Below, piece by piece: positions 27,879-36,510 of a DNA stretch of 64,000 bases; the first letter of the stretch is position 1, and each line of letters opens with the position of its first letter. The stretch comes from an uncultured archaeon. Its GTDB lineage: Archaea; Aenigmatarchaeota; Aenigmatarchaeia; QMZP01; QMZT01. Below the pieces are notes generated by a model. It made no database searches and was not told the DNA's origin. It worked only from the letters and a program-made list of their open reading frames with translations. The translations under genes were made by a program, and so were the position numbers. The stretch lies in contig CAYFVC010000026.1 of assembly GCA_964346665.1 (NCBI GenBank), forward strand, positions 18,197 through 82,196. The letters run 5' to 3'.

Positions 27879-28539
27879 TATGGTCAACAAACGGAAAAAA
27901 GAGGGGTATGTGGATTTGAATAAGGTTGGGGGGAAAGATTCTGGTGAAAAAATGGCCGAGGAACTCGAAAGTAATACCCCTGATGAAAATGAAAAGAAAA
28001 CGGAAACTAAACCAAAGAGGAAGAAATCACGTGCAAAGGTGAAGACGCACCTCGAAACAAATATTGACAGATTATATGAACTGGTCAGGAAAAAAGGGTT
28101 TGTAAAGGTGGCTGAAGTTTCCAAGGAACTCGGGATTGATAAAGATCAGATTGAGGAATGGGGAAGAATACTTGAAGATCACAAACTCTTGAAACTGCAT
28201 TATCCTCCTGTTGGAGATCCCGTATTTGTATTGAAGAAATTCAAATCTGATACAAAAGAGGTAAAAAAGTTGAAAGGGAGGAAGAGATTGAAAGCTGGTA
28301 AAAAGGCTTTTTTGATCAACCTTGTCATCCTGTTTGGATTCATTGGGTTCGTTGCCTACTATACTAGAATAATCCCTTTGAGATTTCCACAAGTAGATTC
28401 TTTTTTCATTGAAATATCAAATATTCTCAAAACACCAACAATTCGAATTTCTTACGTAGAAGCTTATTTAGGAGTGATTATTATAATAATTATAGTAGTT
28501 GCCTTAATTTTAATAGTAAGAAGGTGGAGAAGGAAATAA
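27865..28539 (+). CDS. Hypothetical protein with HTH-like domain and two C-terminal TM helices (pilus operon component)
   Basis: ..IDRLYELVRKKGFVKVAEVSKELGIDKDQIEEWGRILEDHKLL.. resembles a wHTH. C-terminal hydrophobic helices end in RRWRRK. Overlaps the neighbours by 14 nt and TAATG. Confidence 0.5.
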   Translation: MMDVDMVNKRKKEGYVDLNKVGGKDSGEKMAEELESNTPDENEKKTETKPKRKKSRAKVKTHLETNIDRLYELVRKKGFVKVAEVSKELGIDKDQIEEWGRILEDHKLLKLHYPPVGDPVFVLKKFKSDTKEVKKLKGRKRLKAGKKAFLINLVILFGFIGFVAYYTRIIPLRFPQVDSFFIEISNILKTPTIRISYVEAYLGVIIIIIIVVALILIVRRWRRK

Positions 28540-30074
28540 TGGTGAAAAAGAAGGGGAGAAAGGTTGCGAAAAAAAAAGTCGAGGAAAAGAAAGTTAATCT
28601 TAAGGTTTTAGAAGAATACACCGTTCTCTATCAGAATGTCGCGGCCAGTGTTAAGATTTACCAAGACCCGGATGAATACGTTCCAGTCTACGATATCAGG
28701 TATCCTAAAATAGAGGAAGCTACCAGGGCGGTTCTCGATTCTATAAGGGAAAAGATAGTTACCGAGCTTGCTTTTCGCACGGATGATATTCTTAACCCGG
28801 AAGAGACGGGCAAGATCAGAAACAAATTCATAAACAAGGCCACGAATCTTGTTGAAGAGGAGCTCCCCAATATTTCCAAAAGTGATGCGGGTATACTTGT
28901 TGGAATCCTCTCGCAGGAATCCCTAGGCTTGGGACCGATAGAGTTCATGCTCAAGGATCAGGGCCTTGAGGAAATAGTAATCAACGGCCCCAAGGAACCT
29001 GTATGGGTATATCACAGGACGTATGGGTGGCTGAAGACGAGCATAACCGTTAAAGATGATGCAAAGGTTTACAATTACGCAGCTCAGATAGGGAGGAGGG
29101 TCGGGACGCAGATAACAAATCTCAGTCCTTTGATGGATGCATATCTAACAACGGGGGACCGTGCGAATGCAACGTTGTTCCCGATATCATCAGGGGGTAA
29201 TACGCTCACCATAAGGAAATTCGCAAGGAGGCCGTGGACCATAACTGACTTCATAGAAATGAATACCATATCCCCTGAAGTCGCTGCTTTTCTATGGCTG
29301 GCGATACAATTCGAAATGAACATTGTGTGTACGGGAGGAACGGCCTCAGGGAAAACCTCATTCCTCAATGTGTTGACCATGTTCATACCTCCCACCCAAC
29401 GAATTATTTCAATAGAGGATACAAGGGAAATACAGCTGCCACCTTTCCTTCACTGGGTTCCGCTCACTACAAGGCCTCCTAATATTGAAGGGAAAGGGGA
29501 GGTTACGATGTTGCAATTGATGATCAATGCCCTTAGGATGAGGCCTGACAGGATGATAGTGGGGGAAATACGAAGATCGAAGGAGGCGGAAGTCTTGTTC
29601 GAGGCTATAAATACAGGGCATTCTGTATATTCCACACTTCACGCAAACACCGCAGAGGAAACCTTGAAACGTTTGATAAACCCACCGATAAACATACCCA
29701 TCTCTTTGCTCACATCGCTTCAACTGATAGCGGTCATGCACAGGGACAGGAGGAGGAATATAAGGAGAGTTTTGGAGATATCAGAACTCATACCTTCGGG
29801 TGGCCTCGCCGAAATGAAAATCGAGCTTAACAATATTTTCAGGTGGGTTCCATCAAAGGATCGTATTATGGAGTGGGGGAAATCGAACAGGGCATGGAAC
29901 GATATAAAACTTTTCTCGGGTATGGGTGAAGACGAGGTGAAGAGGAATCTGGAGGAGAAAAAGAACATACTGCTTTGGATGGTGAAAAACAATATAAAGG
30001 ACATAGACAAGGTTGGAAGGATAATATCAGATTATTATAAAAATCCAGAAAGTGTCCTTAGAATGATAAAATAA
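28539..30074 (+). CDS. Type IV pilus / archaellum-type secretion ATPase (FlaI/UpsE/TadA family)
   Basis: Walker A CTGGTASGKTSF, Walker B/Asp box (..RMIVGEIR..), His box; the N-terminal domain resembles FlaI. ATG at 28539 overlaps the previous stop (TAATG); the ORF-track start at 28524 is GTG. Confidence 0.85.
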   Translation: MVKKKGRKVAKKKVEEKKVNLKVLEEYTVLYQNVAASVKIYQDPDEYVPVYDIRYPKIEEATRAVLDSIREKIVTELAFRTDDILNPEETGKIRNKFINKATNLVEEELPNISKSDAGILVGILSQESLGLGPIEFMLKDQGLEEIVINGPKEPVWVYHRTYGWLKTSITVKDDAKVYNYAAQIGRRVGTQITNLSPLMDAYLTTGDRANATLFPISSGGNTLTIRKFARRPWTITDFIEMNTISPEVAAFLWLAIQFEMNIVCTGGTASGKTSFLNVLTMFIPPTQRIISIEDTREIQLPPFLHWVPLTTRPPNIEGKGEVTMLQLMINALRMRPDRMIVGEIRRSKEAEVLFEAINTGHSVYSTLHANTAEETLKRLINPPINIPISLLTSLQLIAVMHRDRRRNIRRVLEISELIPSGGLAEMKIELNNIFRWVPSKDRIMEWGKSNRAWNDIKLFSGMGEDEVKRNLEEKKNILLWMVKNNIKDIDKVGRIISDYYKNPESVLRMIK

Positions 30075-30075
30075 T

Positions 30076-30645
30076 TTATTTTTGCGTTCTTTCGAATCTA
30101 GGTACGAAAATCCTGTATTTGTCCTTGTCCTCCAGTTCTTCAAGTATCCTTTTTATGATCATTTTTTCAGGGTCAGGAAGCATGCTGACCCGTTTTTTCA
30201 AATCATCGAAACTTTCGAATGACTTCTCCTTTTTAGCCGCTATTATCGCCCAGAGATGTTTTTTCCCTATTCCGGGGAGTAATTCAAGCTGATGTAATCT
30301 CGTCGTTATCGGACCTGCATTGTTGAAGAACTCAAGGAATTTCTGTGGTTTTATTTTCACTATTTTCTCAACCACATCCGCCACTTCTTCCTTCGCCGCT
30401 GCGGTGAGGTCCTTGAATTCTATCCTCCTCTTGATGAATTTAACTTCTTCCCTCTTCCCATCACCTATATACACACGGGATCCTACCTTCAAATGAATAC
30501 CCTCCCTGACTATCACCTCTAGTAAGGAAAAGTATTCCTCGCCGACAACTTGGGACACGGGTTGAGAAATACGCATTCCATAATATCCGTGGGGTAGATA
30601 ATCCAAGACTATCGCCCATTCGTCCTTTTTTATGTCCTTTTTCAT
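30076..30645 (-). CDS. Conserved archaeal HhH-containing nucleic-acid-binding protein (COG1491 / DUF655-like)
   Basis: Helix-hairpin-helix LELLPGIGKKHLWAIIAAK; conserved position next to rpoF and rpl21e. Confidence 0.55.
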   Translation of the reverse strand: MKKDIKKDEWAIVLDYLPHGYYGMRISQPVSQVVGEEYFSLLEVIVREGIHLKVGSRVYIGDGKREEVKFIKRRIEFKDLTAAAKEEVADVVEKIVKIKPQKFLEFFNNAGPITTRLHQLELLPGIGKKHLWAIIAAKKEKSFESFDDLKKRVSMLPDPEKMIIKRILEELEDKDKYRIFVPRFERTQK

Positions 30646-30689
30646 GCTAACCAGCTTGATTATAATAAAGAAATTGTATTTATAAAATG

Positions 30690-31016
30690 CTATTTGTTCT
30701 CCTTAACTATTTTCAGAATTTTTTTCTTGTCGTCATCAGTTAACACCAATCTCTCGTTTGCGAACAAAACCCTTAATTCATCTTGTGTTTCGGGCAGGAA
30801 GTTTATGATACTTGCTATGTGTTTATCCTTAAGCTTTTCGATACTTTTCAATTCACCGAGCATTTTATTGTATTTCTTTTCTGAAATTTTGCAGAATTTC
30901 CGCAAATGTTCTAATGCATTCTTCTGTTCATAAACAAGTTCCTTTTTCTTTTCCTTCTCCATCAAAATCTTCTTGGCGTCAAGCCAACTCACCGCTTTTT
31001 CATCCTTTATATCCAT
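30690..31016 (-). CDS. rpoF: DNA-directed RNA polymerase subunit F (Rpo4/Rpb4-like)
   Basis: 108-aa helical protein between COG1491 and rpl21e, the conserved archaeal gene order; K/E-rich Rpb4-like helices. Confidence 0.6.
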   Translation of the reverse strand: MDIKDEKAVSWLDAKKILMEKEKKKELVYEQKNALEHLRKFCKISEKKYNKMLGELKSIEKLKDKHIASIINFLPETQDELRVLFANERLVLTDDDKKKILKIVKENK

Positions 31017-31024
31017 ATGACCAC

Positions 31025-31327
31025 CTATTTCTTCAAGACAAGATGTTCGGGTTTTGATATCACCTCTTTTATTTTCTTGCCAATCTTGATTTTAATTACA
31101 TATGAACTTCCCTTTTTTTCTTTCACTTCCCCTACCTTCCCTTTGAACTTCGGAAAGGGCATGCCCTTTTGGGAAGAGGGGTCTATCTTTATAACCACCT
31201 TGTCCTTTGGTTTGAATTCCTTGAGATAGGATGTAACCTTAAACTTCTGTCTAACCTTTTTCTTCAGCCTACTCCTCGTTGATCTCCTGAATCCCTTGCT
31301 CGCCTTCACCATGTCATCAATCCTCAA
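31025..31327 (-). CDS. rpl21e: 50S ribosomal protein L21e
   Basis: ..KASKGFRRSTRSRLKKKVRQKFKVTSYLKEFKPKDKVVIKIDPSSQKGMPFPKFKGKVGEV.. matches L21e (SH3-like fold). Confidence 0.85.
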   Translation of the reverse strand: MRIDDMVKASKGFRRSTRSRLKKKVRQKFKVTSYLKEFKPKDKVVIKIDPSSQKGMPFPKFKGKVGEVKEKKGSSYVIKIKIGKKIKEVISKPEHLVLKK

Positions 31328-32483
31328 GACCTATCAAATCGAATTCCTTCACATTTGCATGGTTCCCGAGGATTTTCGAGATAGATGGGTTCGTTCTCCC
31401 CGAATCCCCGGAAATCAGTTCTTTGATGTACAAACCCGATTCCGTTTTAATTTCGAATAAGTATCTTTTATTATTAATCCTTTTCCATTTTATACTTTTA
31501 ACCTTTTTGTTCTTTGTCTTTTCCGGTTTAGAAGTCAAAACCCTCTTAGGGGTTCTCTGCTTGATAACGCCTACCAATTTCTTAACCTTCTCAATTTTTT
31601 CGACTTTTTTATCGAAGTCGGCAACAACCTTGTAAACTTTGTAGGGTCTTTTTGATTTCAATCTCGAAACCTCTTCCTTGTCAGAAATTCGAAGTCCCCT
31701 AACCTTGACCCCCTTTCGTATGTTTATCTGTTTTTTTATTTCCTTGAGATTCATTTTCCTCCTAATCGGCTGCTTGATTTCGAGGATGAATGGCCTCCAA
31801 ACCAAACACCTCGCATCCTTGTCTTCCCTCCCTAGAGCGTGGAGGGTGTGGGAAGAAGCGAAAGTGACCTTCATGAAAGGTCTCGCCATTATGTCCTGAA
31901 CCGTTTGTTTGTAGCGTGGCGAATGTGTTTGTGGGAGGCCGCGAACGAATTTCTTGTATTCCCCATAAACAAAAAGCGAATTTGAAAATATCTCCGTTCC
32001 TTCGTTCTGGATATCAAAGATTATTATTACATCGGGTTTCTTGTGGTCAATCCTTTTCCCTGTCCTTTCAATTATCATCTTCCCTAGCTCCCTGCTTATC
32101 TCGGATTTTATCGGTTCGGAGTATTTCATCCCCATCTTTTCCCATAAAGTCTCCTCGTTCATGACGAGGGAATCGCTCATCTTAACCCCGATCAGAAAAG
32201 TTTCGAATTCCATGGATCTCGATGTTTTCAGAATTTTATCTGAGATTTTCGGGAGATTATCGAAAAGGTCTTCGCATACAACGCATTTCTCCTTCCCTTT
32301 TGCGAAGTTTGATGGGTCAGCCTTTATTTTTCCAGCTTCGTACTCCATTGCCAGGAATTTTCGTATTGTTTTTCCCCTCTCCCTGTTGGAGTAACCACTA
32401 AGCAGTTTTGTGAATTGCCTACCCAAGCAGGAATCGCATACATACCCTAAACTCAATATTTTAATTGCTGTTTCCTCTATCAT
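31317..32483 (-). CDS. pus10: tRNA pseudouridine synthase Pus10
   Basis: N-terminal zinc ribbon CDSCLGR...CVVCED, THUMP-like middle, and catalytic ..GREDKDARCLVWRPF.. motif. Confidence 0.8.
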   Translation of the reverse strand: MIEETAIKILSLGYVCDSCLGRQFTKLLSGYSNRERGKTIRKFLAMEYEAGKIKADPSNFAKGKEKCVVCEDLFDNLPKISDKILKTSRSMEFETFLIGVKMSDSLVMNEETLWEKMGMKYSEPIKSEISRELGKMIIERTGKRIDHKKPDVIIIFDIQNEGTEIFSNSLFVYGEYKKFVRGLPQTHSPRYKQTVQDIMARPFMKVTFASSHTLHALGREDKDARCLVWRPFILEIKQPIRRKMNLKEIKKQINIRKGVKVRGLRISDKEEVSRLKSKRPYKVYKVVADFDKKVEKIEKVKKLVGVIKQRTPKRVLTSKPEKTKNKKVKSIKWKRINNKRYLFEIKTESGLYIKELISGDSGRTNPSISKILGNHANVKEFDLIGLED

Positions 32484-32497
32484 AATACCAATTATGT

Positions 32498-33250
32498 CTA
32501 TGCTATTTTTAAATCAAAAATACGAATAGCGTTCTCTTTCGCCTTCTCTAGAACTTCGTCCTTAGGGATTCCTTTTATCTCCGCGATCTTCTCGGCCGAG
32601 AATTTGATATTCCAGGGATAGTTTCTTGGGTCCTCCTCCTTGTTCGGGGATAGGAAAGGCGAATCTGTTTCAAGAAGTAGCCTGCTTAAAGGAACATCTT
32701 TTGCTATCTTTCGGATGTTCTTGGAGAATAAAACCATCGTGGAGATCGAAATGTAGAATCCCTTCGAGATGATCTCTTTCGCGAGATCTCTTCCTCCTGA
32801 AAAACAGTGGAATATCACCTTCACGTTCGAATCCCTCACCATCTCAAAACATTCGTTTTCCGCGTCCCAAGAGTGTATCACAAGAGGTTTCGAAAGCTTT
32901 TCTGCGAGTTCGATGAATTTCGAAAATCTTTCATTCTGGATTTTTTGCTTTTCGTTGTCCTTCTCCCAATGGTAATCCATACCAACTTCACCCACCCCGA
33001 CTATCTTTTCCGAATTAGATTTTATCAGCTCAATGATTTTTTCTGGGTCCTTTCCGCCCTCTGTGGGGTGGAAGCCAAGTGTGGGAAATAAGAAGCCCGG
33101 ATGTTTGCTAGCGAGAGAAAGAACTTTCAGTCCTTCGTCATAACGAGCGGAACTAACAATCACCCCTGCTAATTCCTTTTTACATTTCGCTATTACTTGG
33201 TCCATATCCCTGTCGTAATCACCAAAACATAAGTGAGCATGTATATCTAT
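32498..33250 (-). CDS. tatD: TatD-family metal-dependent hydrolase (DNase)
   Basis: MIDIHAHL (HxH), ..GEVGMDY.., ..VIHS.. and ..ETDSP.. motifs of the TatD TIM-barrel hydrolases. Confidence 0.85.
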   Translation of the reverse strand: MDIHAHLCFGDYDRDMDQVIAKCKKELAGVIVSSARYDEGLKVLSLASKHPGFLFPTLGFHPTEGGKDPEKIIELIKSNSEKIVGVGEVGMDYHWEKDNEKQKIQNERFSKFIELAEKLSKPLVIHSWDAENECFEMVRDSNVKVIFHCFSGGRDLAKEIISKGFYISISTMVLFSKNIRKIAKDVPLSRLLLETDSPFLSPNKEEDPRNYPWNIKFSAEKIAEIKGIPKDEVLEKAKENAIRIFDLKIA

Positions 33251-33254
33251 CATA

Positions 33255-34064
33255 TCATTCCTCAAAAAAGAAATGCTCCAGAGCTTCCTGAATGTTCTCC
33301 ACTTCTATTACCTCTATCCCCGCTTCTTCGGAGATGTCTACTTTCTTCGGGATCTTCTCAGTCGTGCAGATTTGGGCTGGGCCTATCTGTTCGCAATATC
33401 TCCTGGTTTTGTACATGACTTCCTGCGATTGTAAGAGAGGGACGAGGAACAAGCGAGCTCCCACATCTTTCGCGGCCTTAGCTTTCGGAAGGATTTGCCC
33501 TACTGGTCCTATTGTTCCGTCATGATTGATAGCCCCTGTTATCATAACTTTGGGGTCGATCATTTTATGTTCAAGTGCTGCAATAGTCGCGATGGCAAGA
33601 GATGCCCCGGCAGATGGACCTTCGACAGCTGTTGCGTTCGTTTTTATAGTGTATATTATGTCATAATTCGAGAGATTTATACCGGTTATGTTGGATGCAA
33701 CCTTGCTTGAAGTACGAATAGAGTTTTGCGTATCTGTCCAGAACAGGAGTTTGTCTATATTCGCGAGAACTCTTCCCTCCCCCGGGATTATCTGGACCGT
33801 GAGCACGGTAGTAATCCCTTCTCCTTCCTCGGTGATAGCCGGTATGATTATCGAAGCGAAAGAAACATTTGAATAAGATTCATTGACAACGTAAGGAATA
33901 TAAGTTACGACATTCGCAGTTCTTGTCTCATTGTGATAAATGATGATGGTCTCGTTCATACCCCCTATGTAATAGCCCACGTAAAAAACAAGCATTGCGA
34001 AAATCAGGTAGCTAAGTATTTTTAGCCACCTCCTCTCTTTGCGGGGTCTTCTGTATCTATACAT
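33255..34064 (-). CDS. Membrane-anchored Lon-like S16 peptidase domain protein without AAA+ module
   Basis: Ser-Lys dyad context GPSAGASLAIATIAAL ... ILPKAKAAKDVGARLFLVP. A single N-terminal TM helix. Start set at the ATG at 34064 (MYRYRRPRK...). Confidence 0.7.
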   Translation of the reverse strand: MYRYRRPRKERRWLKILSYLIFAMLVFYVGYYIGGMNETIIIYHNETRTANVVTYIPYVVNESYSNVSFASIIIPAITEEGEGITTVLTVQIIPGEGRVLANIDKLLFWTDTQNSIRTSSKVASNITGINLSNYDIIYTIKTNATAVEGPSAGASLAIATIAALEHKMIDPKVMITGAINHDGTIGPVGQILPKAKAAKDVGARLFLVPLLQSQEVMYKTRRYCEQIGPAQICTTEKIPKKVDISEEAGIEVIEVENIQEALEHFFFEE

Positions 34065-34138
34065 GCGAACACAATCGGTATATAATTGTTTTTTAACTTT
34101 TATATTATCCTTTGGCGTAAAATGTAGAAGGTTAATTA

Positions 34139-34146
34139 ATTTAAAT
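34139..34146 (+). promoter_or_regulatory. TATA-box-like element (TTTAAATA) about 25 nt upstream of the predicted SRP RNA 5' end
   Basis: An AT-rich octamer at the spacing archaeal promoters use relative to the start of the GC-rich structured RNA. Confidence 0.3.
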
Positions 34147-34168
34147 ACATGCTCTCGGATTATTAAAT

Positions 34169-34447
34169 GCAGGGAGCCTCCAGCCACGGGGTTAGGCCTA
34201 CCGTGCCTTCGGGCGGCAAATGGTCTTCATGGCCGGTTGTAGTTTACGGGTGGCTCTGTGATAGCCTGCAAGCCCAACCTGCCAACTGAGAAGCCTTGTC
34301 CTTCAGGGTCATCTTCATGGTGAACTGGGTCAGGGTCGGAAAGTTCGACACGTTTAGCGTGTCTTTCCCGAAAGATAGCAGCCCTAAACTATGTTGTTGA
34401 TGCTTGAAGGGTTGCAGGGTGGAGGAGGTAGATTGGATAACTTGCAG
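34169..34447 (+). ncRNA. ffs: Signal recognition particle RNA (7S RNA)
   Basis: GC-rich non-coding island about 280 nt long. Helix-8-like motif GGUGAACUGGGUCAGGGUCGGAAAG...GAUAGCAGCCCUAAAC (compare the conserved GGUCAGGUCCGGAAGGAAGCAGCC). Long-range complementarity CCUGCAAGCCC / GGGUUGCAGG (helix 5). Ends at an oligo-T run (34448-34452). Confidence 0.65.
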
Positions 34448-34534
34448 TTTTTCATGAAGTCTACTGTGAACATGCTCCCTGTTTTTTGTTTCAAAAGTTT
34501 AGAATATTTTATATGCAAGAGATAATATTTTAAT

Positions 34535-35413
34535 ATGCTGCCCTTTTACAAAAAACTATCCCTGTTTTTCTTCGGGGAATTGGTCGAGAAGTACATTGAT
34601 TCTTTCAGGCCCTTGGAACCCCATATAAAAAATGCAAACATAAAGATATTGCTGAAGACTTGGGTAAGTATGCTGTTCTTCTCAACATTCATTTCATTCG
34701 TAGTTTCGCTTATTTCGATATACACCATCCTTTCGTTTCTTATAGAGGTTGAATTTTACATATACATATTCAGTGTTATTTTCTTCCCAGTGTTTGTAGC
34801 ATCAATAGTTTTCATAATCTTTTATCTCTATCCCGTTCAGATGGAGAACGCGAGACGAAAATCCATAGAGAACAACCTCCCCTTCGCTATAACCCATATG
34901 GCGGCAATCGCCTCATCCGGGATACCCACTGAGTTCATGTTCGAACTGCTCACAGGCTTCAAAGAATACGGGGAGATATCAGAAGATTCGAAGTTGATAA
35001 TGAGGAATATGAAGACCTTTGGGATGAGTTCTGTTGATTCGCTAAAGGATATCGCTGAGCGGACGCCCTCGCAGGATTTCAGAGAAATTTTGCTAGGGAT
35101 AGTGTCAACCGTAGAATCCGGGGGGAATATCGTTGAATATTTGAGGGAAATGGCGGACAAAGCTTTATTCAGTTACAGGATCAAGAGGGAAAAGTATCTG
35201 AAAACGTTGTCAACGTATGCTGACATATACACCGCCCTGCTGGTCGCTGCCCCACTCATGATGCTTTCTTTGCTAGCGACGATGAGTATAATAGGCGGGA
35301 GCGTGATGGGTCTGACCATAAATGAATTGATGTTGTTGATAACGTGGGTCATACTTCCGGTGCTTAACGTTGGTTTCCTCATATTCGTACACACTACATA
35401 TCCGGGTGTTTAA
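34535..35413 (+). CDS. FlaJ/TadB-like pilus-assembly platform protein, N-terminal-type half (one T2SS-F domain)
   Basis: Membrane protein with a cytoplasmic T2SSF-like domain (..NNLPFAITHMAAIASSGIPTEFMFELL...SKLIMRNMKTFGMS...ILLGIVSTVESGGNIVEYL..) flanked by TM helices. Confidence 0.65.
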   Translation: MLPFYKKLSLFFFGELVEKYIDSFRPLEPHIKNANIKILLKTWVSMLFFSTFISFVVSLISIYTILSFLIEVEFYIYIFSVIFFPVFVASIVFIIFYLYPVQMENARRKSIENNLPFAITHMAAIASSGIPTEFMFELLTGFKEYGEISEDSKLIMRNMKTFGMSSVDSLKDIAERTPSQDFREILLGIVSTVESGGNIVEYLREMADKALFSYRIKREKYLKTLSTYADIYTALLVAAPLMMLSLLATMSIIGGSVMGLTINELMLLITWVILPVLNVGFLIFVHTTYPGV

Positions 35414-35414
35414 A

Positions 35415-36266
35415 ATGGAGATGAGCAAAACATTCGTGTTTGAAGTCATTTTCATAGTCTTAGGGATCACGCTTCTGGCCCTTAACTTCCTTTTCATATC
35501 TGTTGTCTTTCCCTTCATAGCACCTCTTATCAACGTGCTGGGAGCGCTGATAGCGATCATCCCGCCATTTCTAATTTTTTACGGAAGGTATATGGTAAGC
35601 AGGGAAATAGAGGAGCAGTTCATAATTTTCATAACAGATCTCACGGGATCGATAGATTCCGGGATGACGTTGCCCATCGCTCTGAAACATGCCTCAAGAA
35701 AGGATTACCGTTCGCTAACGAAATACGTCAAGGAAATAGAGAGTAAGGTTGAGTGGGGAGTTCCGTTCGAAAAAGCACTCAAGATATTCTCTGACAAGGT
35801 GAGGTCCATGCCCATAAAAAGATCCGTGAGCACGATAATAGAGACTTATAAAGTCGGGGGTAAGATTTCCGATACGCTGCGTGCGATAGGACAGTCCCTG
35901 ATCGAAATAAACAAAATAAAGCAGGAACGTTCAGCCTCGGTGCAAGCGCAACTCGTGACTTCTTATTTGATATTCTTCGTTTTTATTTTCATTTTGTTGA
36001 TCTTGAAAACTTTTTTAATACCTGCCCTGGGAACGATGGAGGCTCCCGCACTCGGGGAGGTGACAGGGGAACCAACTATCCCCGCGGAACTTTACACGCA
36101 GACCTTCATAAACTTCATACTCGTCCAAGGATTCTTCGCCGGTCTCGCAACCGGTAAGATGGCGGAGGGTTCGCTAATGGCAGGATTGAAACACAGCATA
36201 GTTCTGATAGTTATAGGGTATACGATTTTCTCGCTTCTAGGTCAGTTCGAAATAGCAATGTTTTAA
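35415..36266 (+). CDS. FlaJ/TadC-like pilus-assembly platform protein, second half (one T2SS-F domain)
   Basis: Second T2SSF-like domain (..FITDLTGSIDSGMTLPIALKHASRKDY...VKEIESKVEWGVPFEKAL...IETYKVGGKISDTLRAIGQSL..). ATG at 35415, one nt after the TAA of the upstream gene, in a different frame. Confidence 0.65.
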   Translation: MEMSKTFVFEVIFIVLGITLLALNFLFISVVFPFIAPLINVLGALIAIIPPFLIFYGRYMVSREIEEQFIIFITDLTGSIDSGMTLPIALKHASRKDYRSLTKYVKEIESKVEWGVPFEKALKIFSDKVRSMPIKRSVSTIIETYKVGGKISDTLRAIGQSLIEINKIKQERSASVQAQLVTSYLIFFVFIFILLILKTFLIPALGTMEAPALGEVTGEPTIPAELYTQTFINFILVQGFFAGLATGKMAEGSLMAGLKHSIVLIVIGYTIFSLLGQFEIAMF

Positions 36267-36305
36267 ATATTCGTTGGGAATAAGTATTATTTGCGCGGTG
36301 TGAAT

Positions 36306-36506
36306 ATGGGAAGGATAAAAACCATTTCGATCAAAATGCTTGGTAACCAATTGATAAGGGAACATAGCAATAAGTTCACCGATGATTTTGAGAAGAATAA
36401 GGAGATTTTGGCAGAAATAAAGGACATAAAATCGAAAAAGATAAAGAATGTTCTCGCAGGTTACATAACGAAGGAGATGAAGAAGATAAGCAAAACCGGC
36501 CTGTGA
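36306..36506 (+). CDS. rps17e: 30S ribosomal protein S17e
   Basis: MGRIKTISIKMLGNQLIREHSNKFTDDFEKNKEIL...KKIKNVLAGYITKEMKK matches S17e (..KFT.DFE.NK....RNK.AGY.T..). Confidence 0.8.
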   Translation: MGRIKTISIKMLGNQLIREHSNKFTDDFEKNKEILAEIKDIKSKKIKNVLAGYITKEMKKISKTGL

Positions 36507-36510
36507 TTTT

